A stretch of DNA of 64,000 nucleotides from a bacterium (GTDB taxonomy: Bacteria > Pseudomonadota > Alphaproteobacteria > Rickettsiales > RI-342): contig WGMV01000006.1 of assembly GCA_016124905.1 (NCBI GenBank), forward strand, positions 10,157 through 74,156, read 5' to 3'. Positions within the stretch are counted from its first letter, which is position 1. Every line of letters starts with the position of its first letter. This document shows positions 9,966-19,464 of the stretch, one piece after another. The position numbers and the translations under genes are program-made. The notes below the pieces were generated by a model. It searched no databases. It saw only the letters and a list, made by a program, of their open reading frames with translations, and had not been told where the DNA came from.

Positions 9966-10652
9966 ATGACAAGCGACAACATGGAAATCAGACTGGCCGA
10001 TAACGGCTACCAGATCATCCGCAAAGGCACGCCCTTGCACAGCATGGAAAAACGCCCACTCACGCTGCCCACGCAAAAGCTGGCCTCCGCCGTGAGCAAA
10101 GAAATTGAATCCATGCTCGCCAAAAAGCAGGAGCCGCGCCCCTGCTATACGCTGAGCAGCATGGTGACGGACCACATCGCCCCTCGCCGTGAAGACGTTA
10201 TCCACGTGCTTTCCGCCCAGCTCAACGGTGAAACGCTCTGCTACCTCGCCACCGATCCGCCCGAGCTTTTTGAACGCCAGAAAGCCGAATGGCTGCCCGA
10301 AATTGTCTGGCTGGATGATGCGCTCGGCATCACGCTGGTAAATACCGCCGGCATCCTCCCGGTTGACCAGCCGGAAGAGGCGCATGCCGCGCTCACCGAC
10401 TGGCTCAGCGGGCTGGATGATTTTCGTCTCACGGCCTTCCACCAGATGGTGCAGCTCACCAGTTCCATCGTGGTTTCAACCGGGCTGTTGCTGGGGCGTC
10501 TGGATGTAAATGCCGCCATGCGTCTGGCCTACATGGAGCATGATTACCAGCTTGAGCACTGGGGCGAGGATGCCATCGCCCGCAAACGGCTGGATGCCGT
10601 GGCTTCGGAACTCACGGAAATCGTAAAATTCCTCGAATATCTACAGCAATAA
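9966..10652 (+). CDS. ATP12-family F1-ATPase assembly chaperone
   Basis: 228 aa. The pattern ...RPLTLPTQKLASAV...LCYLATDPPELFERQKAEWLPEIVWLDDALG...HWGEDA... matches alphaproteobacterial ATP12 proteins as I recall them. Adjacency to rluC is common in this class. Confidence 0.6.
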   Translation: MTSDNMEIRLADNGYQIIRKGTPLHSMEKRPLTLPTQKLASAVSKEIESMLAKKQEPRPCYTLSSMVTDHIAPRREDVIHVLSAQLNGETLCYLATDPPELFERQKAEWLPEIVWLDDALGITLVNTAGILPVDQPEEAHAALTDWLSGLDDFRLTAFHQMVQLTSSIVVSTGLLLGRLDVNAAMRLAYMEHDYQLEHWGEDAIARKRLDAVASELTEIVKFLEYLQQ

Positions 10653-10873
10653 ATCGTTGATTTTAGAGGGCTAAACATGAAAGCCACATGTCAAGCGAAT
10701 TATCGCTTTGCCACAAGGGATAGTATCTTTTATGTAGGGTGCCTTGCATCACGGTAACACTACGTTTCGTGGCGGTTACCGGTCTGCTTAAAGCGCCGGG
10801 GCAGGGCAGGCATCCAGCGGATGCATGACATGCCGAACGCGTTTATTTAGGTGTAACTAATTTAGGAATCTTC

Positions 10874-12406
10874 ATGCGCCCAACGCCGATTGTCCGTGAA
10901 CTCGAACAACGACGCGAACGCGCCCGCCTTGGCGGCGGTCAAGACCGCATCGATTCACAGCATGCCCGTGGCAAACTCTCCGCCCGTGAGCGCATCGAAC
11001 TTCTTCTCGACGAAGGCACGTTCGAAGAGTTCGACATGTTCATCGAACACCGCTGCGCCAATTTCGGCATGGAGCAAAAACAGATCCCGGGCGATGGCTG
11101 CATCACCGGCTACGGCACCATCTTCGGTCGTCCTGTATTCGTCTACAGCCAGGATTTCACCGTGTTCGGCGGTTCGCTTTCCGAAAGCAACGCCCGCAAG
11201 ATCTGTAAGATCATGGACATGGCCATGAAGGTCGGCGCACCCGTCATCGGCATGAATGATTCCGGCGGCGCGCGCATTCAGGAAGGCGTGGATTCCCTTT
11301 CCGGCTATGCCGAGATTTTCCAGCGTAACGTGCTGGCCTCCGGCGTCATCCCGCAAATCTCACTCATCATGGGCCCATGCGCCGGTGGTGCGGTCTATTC
11401 CCCTGCGCTGACCGATTTCATCTTCATGGGCCGCGGCACTTCCTACATGTTCGTCACCGGCCCGGATGTGGTCAAAACGGTGACACATGAGGAAGTCACG
11501 CTGGAAGCCCTCGGCGGCGCCGAAGTCCACACCCAGAAAACCGGCGTGGCCGATCTGGCGTTCGACAACGACATCCACACCATCACGCAGACTCGCCGCC
11601 TGCTGAATTTCCTGCCGCTCTCCAACCGCGAGCAGCCTCCCTTCGTGCCCACCACCGACCCGATCGATCGGGTGGAGGTCTCCCTCAACACGCTGGTGCC
11701 GGAAAACCCCAACAAGCCGTATGACATGTACGAGCTCATCACCCGCGTGGTGGATGAGGGCGATTTCTTCGAGATCAAACCGGACTATGCCAAAAACATC
11801 ATCGTCGGCTTTGGCCGCATGGCGGGGCAAACGATTGGCATTGTGGCCAACCAGCCCCTCCACCTTGCAGGCTGTCTGGATATCGACGCCTCCCGCAAGG
11901 CTGCGCGTTTCATCCGTTTCTGCGATGCGTTCAACATCCCCATCGTCAGCTTCGTGGACGTCCCCGGCTTCATGCCCGGCACCAGCCAGGAATATGACGG
12001 CATCATCTCCCACGGCGCCAAACTGCTGTATGCCTATGCCGAGGCCACCGTGCCCAAAGTCACCATCATCACCCGCAAGGCCTATGGCGGCGCCTACATC
12101 GTGATGAGCTGCAAATATTTGCGTGGCGACATCAACTACGCCTGGCCGACGGCCGAAATCGCCGTGATGGGCCCCAAAGGCGCGGTCGAGATCATCTTCC
12201 GCGGCGCCAGCCCCGAGGAGGTCGAGCAAAAGACCATGGAATACCGCGAGAAGATCGCCAGTCCCTTCGCCGCGGCCTCGCGCGGCTATCTGGATGACAT
12301 CATCCGGCCGCAGAACACGCGCTGGCGCATTTGCCGCGCGCTCGATCTTCTTCGTTCCAAGAAGCTCGAGAATCCGTGGAAAAAACACGATAACCTTCCC
12401 CTTTAG
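10874..12406 (+). CDS. pccB: Propionyl-CoA carboxylase beta subunit (carboxyltransferase)
   Basis: 510 aa acyl-CoA carboxyltransferase ([36 protein letters not shown]). Paired with a biotin carboxylase/BCCP gene downstream. Confidence 0.88.
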   Translation: MRPTPIVRELEQRRERARLGGGQDRIDSQHARGKLSARERIELLLDEGTFEEFDMFIEHRCANFGMEQKQIPGDGCITGYGTIFGRPVFVYSQDFTVFGGSLSESNARKICKIMDMAMKVGAPVIGMNDSGGARIQEGVDSLSGYAEIFQRNVLASGVIPQISLIMGPCAGGAVYSPALTDFIFMGRGTSYMFVTGPDVVKTVTHEEVTLEALGGAEVHTQKTGVADLAFDNDIHTITQTRRLLNFLPLSNREQPPFVPTTDPIDRVEVSLNTLVPENPNKPYDMYELITRVVDEGDFFEIKPDYAKNIIVGFGRMAGQTIGIVANQPLHLAGCLDIDASRKAARFIRFCDAFNIPIVSFVDVPGFMPGTSQEYDGIISHGAKLLYAYAEATVPKVTIITRKAYGGAYIVMSCKYLRGDINYAWPTAEIAVMGPKGAVEIIFRGASPEEVEQKTMEYREKIASPFAAASRGYLDDIIRPQNTRWRICRALDLLRSKKLENPWKKHDNLPL

Positions 12407-12564
12407 GCTCAGTTGAGGAATATTTGCATGCCAGATTTTGAGCTATTGCTGAGCGAAAATAAGCGGCCATTTTGCAGGCATAGTGGCGCTACGTCAAAAA
12501 ATGGCCGCTTATTTGCAGCCGGAAAGAGCCAAAAGATGGCTTGTAAATATTCCTCAACTGAGCC
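12406..12564. repeat. 159-bp imperfect palindromic (MITE/ERIC-like) element filling the pccB-pccA spacer
   Basis: Outer arms are GGCTCAGTTGAGGAATATTTGCA (12406-12428) and TGTAAATATTCCTCAACTGAGCC (12542-12564), 22 of 23 complementary. Inner arms are AAATAAGCGGCCATTTTG (12457-12474) and CAAAAAATGGCCGCTTATTT (12495-12514). Confidence 0.85.
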
Positions 12565-12582
12565 TCAACAGAGACAATTTGC

Positions 12583-14661
12583 ATGATCAAGAAACTGCTC
12601 ATTGCCAATCGTGGGGAAATTGCCGTCCGCATCATGCAGACGGCGCGCCGCCTGGGCATCGCCACCGTGGCCGTTTATTCCGAGGCCGACACCAGCTCCC
12701 TCTTCGTCCAGATGGCGGATGAGGCGGTCTTCATCGGCCCGTCGCCTTCCACGCAAAGCTACCTGAACATTCCGGCCATCGTGAATGCCATCCGCCAGAC
12801 GGGTGCGGACGCTGTGCATCCCGGTTACGGCTTTCTGTCTGAGAACACGGAATTCTGCAAAGCCGTGGAGCAGGAAGGCGCGATTTTTATCGGCCCCTCC
12901 GCCACCGCCATCAAACAGATGGGCGACAAACTTGAAGCCAAGAAAATCGCCAAACAGGCGGGGGTCTCCATCCTTCCCGGCAGCCAGGGCGCCGTGGACG
13001 GCATGAAGGAAGCCAAGCAGGTGGCTGACAAAATCGGCTACCCGGTCATGATCAAGGCCGCGGCCGGTGGCGGCGGCAAGGGTATGCGCGTGGTGTTTGA
13101 GGAGAAGGAACTGGAAGAGGGCATCCGCGGTGCGGTGCATGAAGCCGGTTCCAGCTTCGGAGACAATCGCGTCTTCATCGAGAAATTCATCACCAGCCCC
13201 CGCCACATCGAAATTCAGGTGCTGGCCGACAAATTCGGCGGCGTCGTTACGCTGGGCGAGCGCGAATGCTCCATCCAGCGCCGCCACCAGAAAGTGATCG
13301 AAGAGGCCCCAAGCCCCTTCCTCACGCCCGAAGTGCGCGAAGCCATGAGCAAGCAGGCCGTCAGCCTGGTCAAGCAGGTCGGCTATTATTCCGCCGGTAC
13401 GGTGGAATTCATCATGGACGAAAACCGCAATTTCTATTTCCTGGAAATGAACACCCGCCTTCAGGTGGAGCACCGCGTCACCGAGCTCATCACCGGCATC
13501 GACCTGGTGGAGCAGATGATCCGCGTGGCCGAGGGCGAGCGCCTGCCTTTCATACAGGACGACATCAAATTCCACGGCCATGCCATCGAGGCACGCATTT
13601 ACGCCGAGGACCCCACCCGCAACTTTATGCCTTCCGTCGGCCGCATCTCCCGCTATCAGGAGCCTGAGCAGATCCCCGGCATGGTACTGGATACCGGCGT
13701 TTATGAAGGCGCGGAAGTCAGCATGTTCTACGACCCCATGGTCGCCAAGCTCTGTACCTATGGCGAAAACCGCGACCGCGCCATTGACGAGATGCGTGCC
13801 GCCCTCGGGGCCTATGTCATCCGCGGCATTTCCCACAATATCGGCTTTCTGGAAGCCATCATCAACAACCCGCGCTTCGGCAAAGGCCACACCACCACCA
13901 ATTTCATCGCCGAGGAATATCCCAACGGTTTCACGGGCGCGGAGCTTTCCACCGAGGCAGGCAAATGGGTGATGGTCACTGCGCTCTACATCCACTTGAA
14001 ACTGCGCGAGCGCGACAGCAAAATCTCCGGCCAGCTTCCCGGCCATCCGGTCGTTTTTCTGGACCGCTGGGCCATCAAAATGGGCGACGAGGAATTCACC
14101 GTCAGTGTCTCCCCGCGTGAAAATGGTTACGACGTCAACTGCCAGGGCGAGCACATCACCATCCGCAGCCCGTGGCAAACGGGCCGCCGCCTGTTCCAGG
14201 GCACCATCAACGGCAAGCCGGTTATCATGAAGGTTCAGCCGCTGATCGAGGGCTACCGCCTGCTGTACAGCGGCTCAAGCGTGGATGTCATTGTCCGCAC
14301 GCCGCGCGCCGCCGCCTATGCCAAATACCTGCCCGAAACCAGCACCGTCACGCGCCCCACGCGCCTGGAAGCGCCGATGGCGGGCCTCATCGTCTCCGTC
14401 CGCGTGAAAGAGGGCGACAAGGTCAAATCCGGCGCCGAGCTAGTAGCCATTGAGGCCATGAAAATGGAAAACCTCATCCGCGCCGAATTTCCGGCCATCA
14501 TCAAATCCGTGCACATCAAACAGGGTGATTCTGTCCAGACAGGTCAAATCATGCTGGAGTTTGATCCCAACGTGCCCGAGGATGAGGAAGAAAAGCCCGC
14601 CAAACAGGCCAAGGCTGCTCCCAAAACCGGCAAAATCGGCAAGCCCGCCAACGCGGCGTAA
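12583..14661 (+). CDS. pccA: Propionyl-CoA carboxylase alpha subunit (biotin carboxylase + BCCP)
   Basis: N-terminus MIKKLLIANRGEIAVRI, an ATP-grasp domain, and the biotinyl-Lys motif EAMKMEN near the C-terminus. A Lys/Ala/Pro-rich tail follows the biotinyl domain. Confidence 0.88.
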   Translation: MIKKLLIANRGEIAVRIMQTARRLGIATVAVYSEADTSSLFVQMADEAVFIGPSPSTQSYLNIPAIVNAIRQTGADAVHPGYGFLSENTEFCKAVEQEGAIFIGPSATAIKQMGDKLEAKKIAKQAGVSILPGSQGAVDGMKEAKQVADKIGYPVMIKAAAGGGGKGMRVVFEEKELEEGIRGAVHEAGSSFGDNRVFIEKFITSPRHIEIQVLADKFGGVVTLGERECSIQRRHQKVIEEAPSPFLTPEVREAMSKQAVSLVKQVGYYSAGTVEFIMDENRNFYFLEMNTRLQVEHRVTELITGIDLVEQMIRVAEGERLPFIQDDIKFHGHAIEARIYAEDPTRNFMPSVGRISRYQEPEQIPGMVLDTGVYEGAEVSMFYDPMVAKLCTYGENRDRAIDEMRAALGAYVIRGISHNIGFLEAIINNPRFGKGHTTTNFIAEEYPNGFTGAELSTEAGKWVMVTALYIHLKLRERDSKISGQLPGHPVVFLDRWAIKMGDEEFTVSVSPRENGYDVNCQGEHITIRSPWQTGRRLFQGTINGKPVIMKVQPLIEGYRLLYSGSSVDVIVRTPRAAAYAKYLPETSTVTRPTRLEAPMAGLIVSVRVKEGDKVKSGAELVAIEAMKMENLIRAEFPAIIKSVHIKQGDSVQTGQIMLEFDPNVPEDEEEKPAKQAKAAPKTGKIGKPANAA

Positions 14662-14693
14662 TAGGCCACGATTCATGTTTCTGTTGATGGACG

Positions 14694-16124
14694 CTAGGCG
14701 GCGGTGGGAGAGGCGATGCCGTTTTCCAGCCAGTGCGTATCGCGCGCCAGCTGAACGATCTTGTCGTAGAACCCATGATCCCGCAATTGCGTTTCCGGGT
14801 TGGTGATGCGCGCGCCTTCTGCGTGGTTGATTTTCGCCGCCGCCATCTCCACACCATATTCGGCCGCCTCATATGGCGAAAGACCGAGCAGCAGCCCCAG
14901 CACAAAGCCGGAATAGGCCGCATCCCCCGCGCCGACATATTTCGCATGCGGGTTGGTGATGCGCTGTGGCTTGAAGGTGGGGATTTCCAGATGCATATCG
15001 GGATAAACCATCGCCGCGCCGCGTTCGCCGCAGGTGATGTAGGCAATGGGGTAAATGTCGCGCTTATCCCTCTCGGCCACGTTCTTGCGCGCCGTGCTCA
15101 GGTGCAGGCGCAGCTCGCGCATGGCGGCCATCTCGATATCCTCGCACCACACCGCGCGTGTGGCATCATCCACATCAAAGCCATCTTCCTTGCGGAATTT
15201 CGGATACCCGGCGATGATGTCGGAAAAATCGGGCTCCAGATCGTGGTAGAACACGCCCACCAGCTCCGTGGCATTGCCCAGCACATAATCGGCGCTGCCC
15301 ATCAGCCATTTGAACACATCGGCATGTTCCTTTGAATATTCCGTATCCGTCGGCAGGGCCAGCAGCAGGGGTTTGGGTTCATGCTCACCCTGACGCCAGC
15401 GGGCCGTCATCACCTTATCCATCAAGGCGGAACCATAGGTGCTTTTGCTGTCGGCGAATTTCTGCCAGCCTGCGCCTTGCACCAGGAAATACTGCGCCCG
15501 CTCCAGGTCTTCCTCGTGCAGTAGGTCGGCCTTGAGGATTTTCTCCGCATTGCCCGGCCATTTGATGATGATGCGGTTGACGGCCTTGTCGCCATCAATG
15601 GGGTTGATGACGATGGAGCGCGCGATATCGGCCTGGGACAGGGTCTCAAGCGGGATGTCGGCCACTTCGATGCCGGCTTCCCGATATTGCTGCTGAATGA
15701 GCTGTGTTTCATCCGCATAGGGATTGAATGCGGTGTATAATGTGAAATGAAAAGGCATGCCCATCTTGCGCAGGAGCAGGCCGATATTGAAGGCACTATT
15801 GCCTGTGGAGCCCCCGGGCGAATGGGTCACCGGATGGCCGTTATTGGCTTGGGGGTTTTCGCGTGCGTAACCTTCTGCCCGTTGCAGCCAGTTTAAAAAC
15901 ACATCGTGAGGAAAGGCCTTCTTGCCGCCGGGCTCCATGTTCAGCCCGCCAACCGTGTTGCTTGCCGTGGCACACAGATAAATATCATGCGTCACCGGCA
16001 CATCGTTGATATTGATATCTTCCAGCGAGACGTCGACACCAAGACCACGGGTGAGCCCCGCAATCGAACGTCCGCGAATCTGTGTGACATCCATATCAGC
16101 CATTCTTTTGTAACCTGTAATCAT
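14694..16124 (-). CDS. Oversized PfkB/ribokinase-family kinase (inosine-guanosine-kinase-like architecture)
   Basis: 476 aa. The GG motif is SPGGSTGNSAFNIG and the C-terminal PfkB signature is YVGAGDAAYSGFVLGLLLG. It has large insertions relative to ~310-aa sugar kinases. Confidence 0.5.
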   Translation of the reverse strand: MITGYKRMADMDVTQIRGRSIAGLTRGLGVDVSLEDININDVPVTHDIYLCATASNTVGGLNMEPGGKKAFPHDVFLNWLQRAEGYARENPQANNGHPVTHSPGGSTGNSAFNIGLLLRKMGMPFHFTLYTAFNPYADETQLIQQQYREAGIEVADIPLETLSQADIARSIVINPIDGDKAVNRIIIKWPGNAEKILKADLLHEEDLERAQYFLVQGAGWQKFADSKSTYGSALMDKVMTARWRQGEHEPKPLLLALPTDTEYSKEHADVFKWLMGSADYVLGNATELVGVFYHDLEPDFSDIIAGYPKFRKEDGFDVDDATRAVWCEDIEMAAMRELRLHLSTARKNVAERDKRDIYPIAYITCGERGAAMVYPDMHLEIPTFKPQRITNPHAKYVGAGDAAYSGFVLGLLLGLSPYEAAEYGVEMAAAKINHAEGARITNPETQLRDHGFYDKIVQLARDTHWLENGIASPTAA

Positions 16125-16231
16125 TCTAAATGAGATGATTTCTACAGGATAATCGTAGCAAAATAAAGTAACGGTTCAGTTACCATGGGCATAAAATAAC
16201 GCTGCAGCGCAGCAATTTCCTGGTTTCCGGC

Positions 16232-17986
16232 CTAGTCATCCGCCACAAAGGATGCCTGCTTGGCCACCCCCGGCTGCAGCACCGGCGGCTGGTGGGGCAG
16301 GGTGGAGGGTTCTACCCCGAGAATGGGTCCAATGCGCTCGATCAGCTGCCCAGTCATCGGCGCGGCGTTCCAGCCCGCCGTGGCATAACCGTGGGAATCC
16401 GGCGTGGCCTGAGGCTCCTCAAACATGATGATGCTCACATATTGCGGGTTGTTCATCGGAAAGGCCGAAACAAAAGAGGTGCGCAGCCGCTTGGCGTTGT
16501 AACTGCCGCCCACCGCCATGATGGCCGTGCCGGTTTTGCCGCCCACGATATAGCCCGCCACATTGCTTTTGCTGGCCGTGCCATGTTCCACCACGCTGCG
16601 CAGCAGCTGGCGCATCAGCAGTGAGGTTTGCGGGCGGAATATCTGCTCACCCACCGGCAGTTCGTCCTTCTGGTTCTTCAGCAGGCTGATGGGCAGCATG
16701 CGCCCCCCATTCACCACGGCGGAAACCCCGCGCACCATGTGCAGCGGCGTCACGGCGATGCCGTGGCCGTAGGAGGTGGTGGCCATCGTGATATCCGGCC
16801 AGTTCTGCGGCACCATCGGCTGGCCGCGCTCCGGCAGTTCGATATCCACCGGTTCAAACAGCCCGAGCTTGCGCAGATATTCCTGCTGCTTGGCCGCGCC
16901 GATCGTCTCGACAATCTTTACCGTGCCGATGTTGGAGGAATGCAGGAAGATTTCCGATGCGTTCATCAGCTTCGCCTGCGGGTGATAATCATGGATGGTG
17001 AAACGGCCATAGCGGATGGGCATGCGCGCATCGAACATGTCCGTCAACTTCACCTTGCCTTCGTTGATGGCAGAGGCAAATGTGAAGGTTTTGAAGGTGG
17101 AGCCCATCTCATACACGCCGAGCGTGGCACGGTTGAACTTTGCGTCGTTGCTGACGCGGCTCGGCTGGTTGGGGTTGAAATCCGGCAGGCTGGCCATGGC
17201 CAGTACTTCACCGGAGAAGGCGTCCATCACCACGCCTGCCGCGCCCTTGGCCTTGAATTGCTTCATGCCATCCGCCAGCACATCATGCAGCGCATATTGA
17301 ATGCGCAGATCAATCGAGAGCTCCAGCGGCCCTTCGGTATTCTGCTCTTTGCCGCTCAACACCGGGTCAAGCGACTGTTCCAGCCCGGCGATGCCGTGAT
17401 TATCCAGGTCCACATAGCCGATTACGTGCGCAAGCAGTTCACGGTGCGGATAAACCCGCCGCTCCTCCTGCTGAAATTCCACCCCCGGAATACCGAGCTT
17501 CATCACCTCGAACTGCTCATTCGGCGTGATATTACGTTTGATCCACACAAAACTTTTGCCCGATGCCAGCTGGTGTCGCAGATGCTCATAGGGAACATCG
17601 GGAAATACCTTGTTCAGTTTCTGCGCCGTATCGGCCGCGTCCTTGATCAGCTTGGCATCGGCATAAACGGAGGAAGTCTGCAGATTGGTGGCGAGCAATT
17701 GCCCGTTACGGTCCACGATATCCATGCGCCCGAGGATGGGCTTATGGTCCTTGCTGTTCGCCACTTTCACGACATTGTCCGAAGACGAGAACAGCGAGAG
17801 GTCCATCAGCCGGTAGGCAATAATCGAACCCGCCAGCAGCATGCCGACAATCACCAGCGCCAGCCGCTGGTGAAACCGCGCCACGGCGGCATCCACGGGG
17901 GTGGGGGTGGGGGTGTAGAGATTCTTGCGTGCGCGTTCACCGCTGGCGCGGGTGGAAGAAACGGTACGCCAGGGTTGCCAGTGCAT
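16232..17986 (-). CDS. ftsI: Peptidoglycan D,D-transpeptidase FtsI (PBP3)
   Basis: N-terminal TM anchor. Motifs STFK (MGSTFKTF), SSN (HSSNIG) and KTGT (GGKTGTA). It follows ftsL. Confidence 0.88.
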   Translation of the reverse strand: MHWQPWRTVSSTRASGERARKNLYTPTPTPVDAAVARFHQRLALVIVGMLLAGSIIAYRLMDLSLFSSSDNVVKVANSKDHKPILGRMDIVDRNGQLLATNLQTSSVYADAKLIKDAADTAQKLNKVFPDVPYEHLRHQLASGKSFVWIKRNITPNEQFEVMKLGIPGVEFQQEERRVYPHRELLAHVIGYVDLDNHGIAGLEQSLDPVLSGKEQNTEGPLELSIDLRIQYALHDVLADGMKQFKAKGAAGVVMDAFSGEVLAMASLPDFNPNQPSRVSNDAKFNRATLGVYEMGSTFKTFTFASAINEGKVKLTDMFDARMPIRYGRFTIHDYHPQAKLMNASEIFLHSSNIGTVKIVETIGAAKQQEYLRKLGLFEPVDIELPERGQPMVPQNWPDITMATTSYGHGIAVTPLHMVRGVSAVVNGGRMLPISLLKNQKDELPVGEQIFRPQTSLLMRQLLRSVVEHGTASKSNVAGYIVGGKTGTAIMAVGGSYNAKRLRTSFVSAFPMNNPQYVSIIMFEEPQATPDSHGYATAGWNAAPMTGQLIERIGPILGVEPSTLPHQPPVLQPGVAKQASFVADD

Positions 17987-17987
17987 G

Positions 17988-18506
17988 CTATTGGGCCTCG
18001 TCCGAAGCGCCTGCGTTCAGCACATCCCACACCGAAGCACGGCGCGTGGCCGGGGCGTCTTTCGGTGCGCGCATGGAAATATCCGGCGCGCGCATGGCAA
18101 GTTTGGGGACGGGCGCCGGTGCCGGAGCCGCCGCCATGGCAAAGCTGTTGGCCTGCGCGGCCGCCGGTGGCGTCACCGGCTTGGCCTTCTGGCCGGGTTT
18201 GTAATTGGCAAGCATCACGCTGGCCTGCTGCCCGTTTGCGGGAATGGCCGAAATGGTGATCAGCGAGGAGTGAATCACCGGCTGCATACCCGTATATTGC
18301 TCGGCCAGTTCCTTCAGCCGTTCCGGGCGGGTGATGTAGGCCCATTCGGCATCCAGCACGTGCAGCGCCTGCTGTTCCTGCTTCACCAGGTGCTTCAGGC
18401 GGCTGATATTGTCATCCGTCTGCTGCACCTTGTAGCTGAGCTGGAAGGTGAGAAAAAGCACAGCCATGATGCAGACAGCCAGCAGGCTGACGATGAGCTT
18501 AGGCAT
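17988..18506 (-). CDS. ftsL: Cell division protein FtsL (alphaproteobacterial type)
   Basis: Single N-terminal TM, then a coiled-coil (RLKHLVKQEQQALHVLDAEWAYITRPERLKELA). Located between rsmH and ftsI. The C-terminus is Ala/Pro-rich. Confidence 0.75.
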   Translation of the reverse strand: MPKLIVSLLAVCIMAVLFLTFQLSYKVQQTDDNISRLKHLVKQEQQALHVLDAEWAYITRPERLKELAEQYTGMQPVIHSSLITISAIPANGQQASVMLANYKPGQKAKPVTPPAAAQANSFAMAAAPAPAPVPKLAMRAPDISMRAPKDAPATRRASVWDVLNAGASDEAQ

Positions 18507-19464
18507 GCGTGCCTCCCGTCTGCGGAAAGCCGAAGCTCACGGGGGCATATTCCATGGCACGCAGCTTGGCGGAGCGAGAGCGGTTGTTGAGCTTTAATTC
18601 CTGCTCGCCCGCCGTCACCGCCGAGCGGGTGATAAGCCGGTAAAGAGGTGGCTTCTCCGGTTCATGCGCGGGCAGGTAGCGGTTATTCTGCGCAGCAGGC
18701 TTGCAGTGGCTTGCCATGAACTGCTTCACGATGCGGTCTTCCAGCGAGTGGAAGGTGACCACCACCAGCCGTCCCAGCGGCTTGAGCAGTTCCAGGCTGG
18801 CGGCCAGCGCGGCCTTCAATTCGTCCAGTTCCTGATTGGCGGCGATGCGAAGCCCCTGAAAGCAGCGGCTGATGGCATCCAGGCGTATTTTCTGCGGCAC
18901 GGCGTTGCCGATGATCTCGGCCAGCTGCAGCGTGCGGGTGATGGGCGCGAGCGTGCGTGCTTCCACGATGGCCTTTGCCACCCGGCGGGAAAGCCTTTCT
19001 TCCCCGTAGTAATAAAACATGTCGGCCAATGCCTGCTCGCTTTCGTTATTCACCAGCTCTGCCGCGCTGGCGCTCCCTTCACCCATGCGCATATCAAGCG
19101 GACCGTCATGTTTGTACGAAAAACCACGTTCCGCCTGATCAATTTGCATCGATGATACCCCTATATCTAGCACTATTCCATCCACTTGCCCAATATTTTG
19201 TGTGTCGAGCAGGCGTTTAATCTCGCCGAATCGCCCATTCAGCCACACAAGCTTTCCCTTATGCTCGTGCTCGAGCGCATCTGCGTATTTCCTGGTGCTT
19301 GGGTCACGATCAATTCCGATCACCGTGCAATCCACATGTTCCAGTATCGCGCGGCTATATCCGCCCGCGCCGAATGTGCCATCCACGTAAACCCCGCCCG
19401 CCTTGGGCGAAAGCGCCGCCAGCATCTCGTTTTTCAACACGGGAAAATGCACCGCCTCGCTCAT
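18499..19464 (-). CDS. rsmH: 16S rRNA (cytosine1402-N4)-methyltransferase RsmH/MraW
   Basis: HFPVLKNEMLAAL..., DGTFGAGGYSRAIL and VTFHSLEDRIVK are RsmH signatures. Confidence 0.9.
   Translation of the reverse strand: MSEAVHFPVLKNEMLAALSPKAGGVYVDGTFGAGGYSRAILEHVDCTVIGIDRDPSTRKYADALEHEHKGKLVWLNGRFGEIKRLLDTQNIGQVDGIVLDIGVSSMQIDQAERGFSYKHDGPLDMRMGEGSASAAELVNNESEQALADMFYYYGEERLSRRVAKAIVEARTLAPITRTLQLAEIIGNAVPQKIRLDAISRCFQGLRIAANQELDELKAALAASLELLKPLGRLVVVTFHSLEDRIVKQFMASHCKPAAQNNRYLPAHEPEKPPLYRLITRSAVTAGEQELKLNNRSRSAKLRAMEYAPVSFGFPQTGGTHA

Noticed and set aside
10653-10873. Cobalamin or other known riboswitch in the pccB leader
   Set aside because: I found no B12 box (GCCACTG-like) and no other riboswitch core. 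Only generic hairpins are present.
12565-14178. 537-aa ORF antisense to pccA
   Set aside because: Shadow frame of a high-confidence biotin carboxylase gene, with low-complexity Ala/Gly/Asp/His-rich translation.
16628-18259. 543-aa plus-strand ORF across ftsI and ftsL
   Set aside because: It is antisense to ftsI and ftsL, which carry canonical PBP3 motifs. The translation is Arg/His/Gly-rich with no domain.
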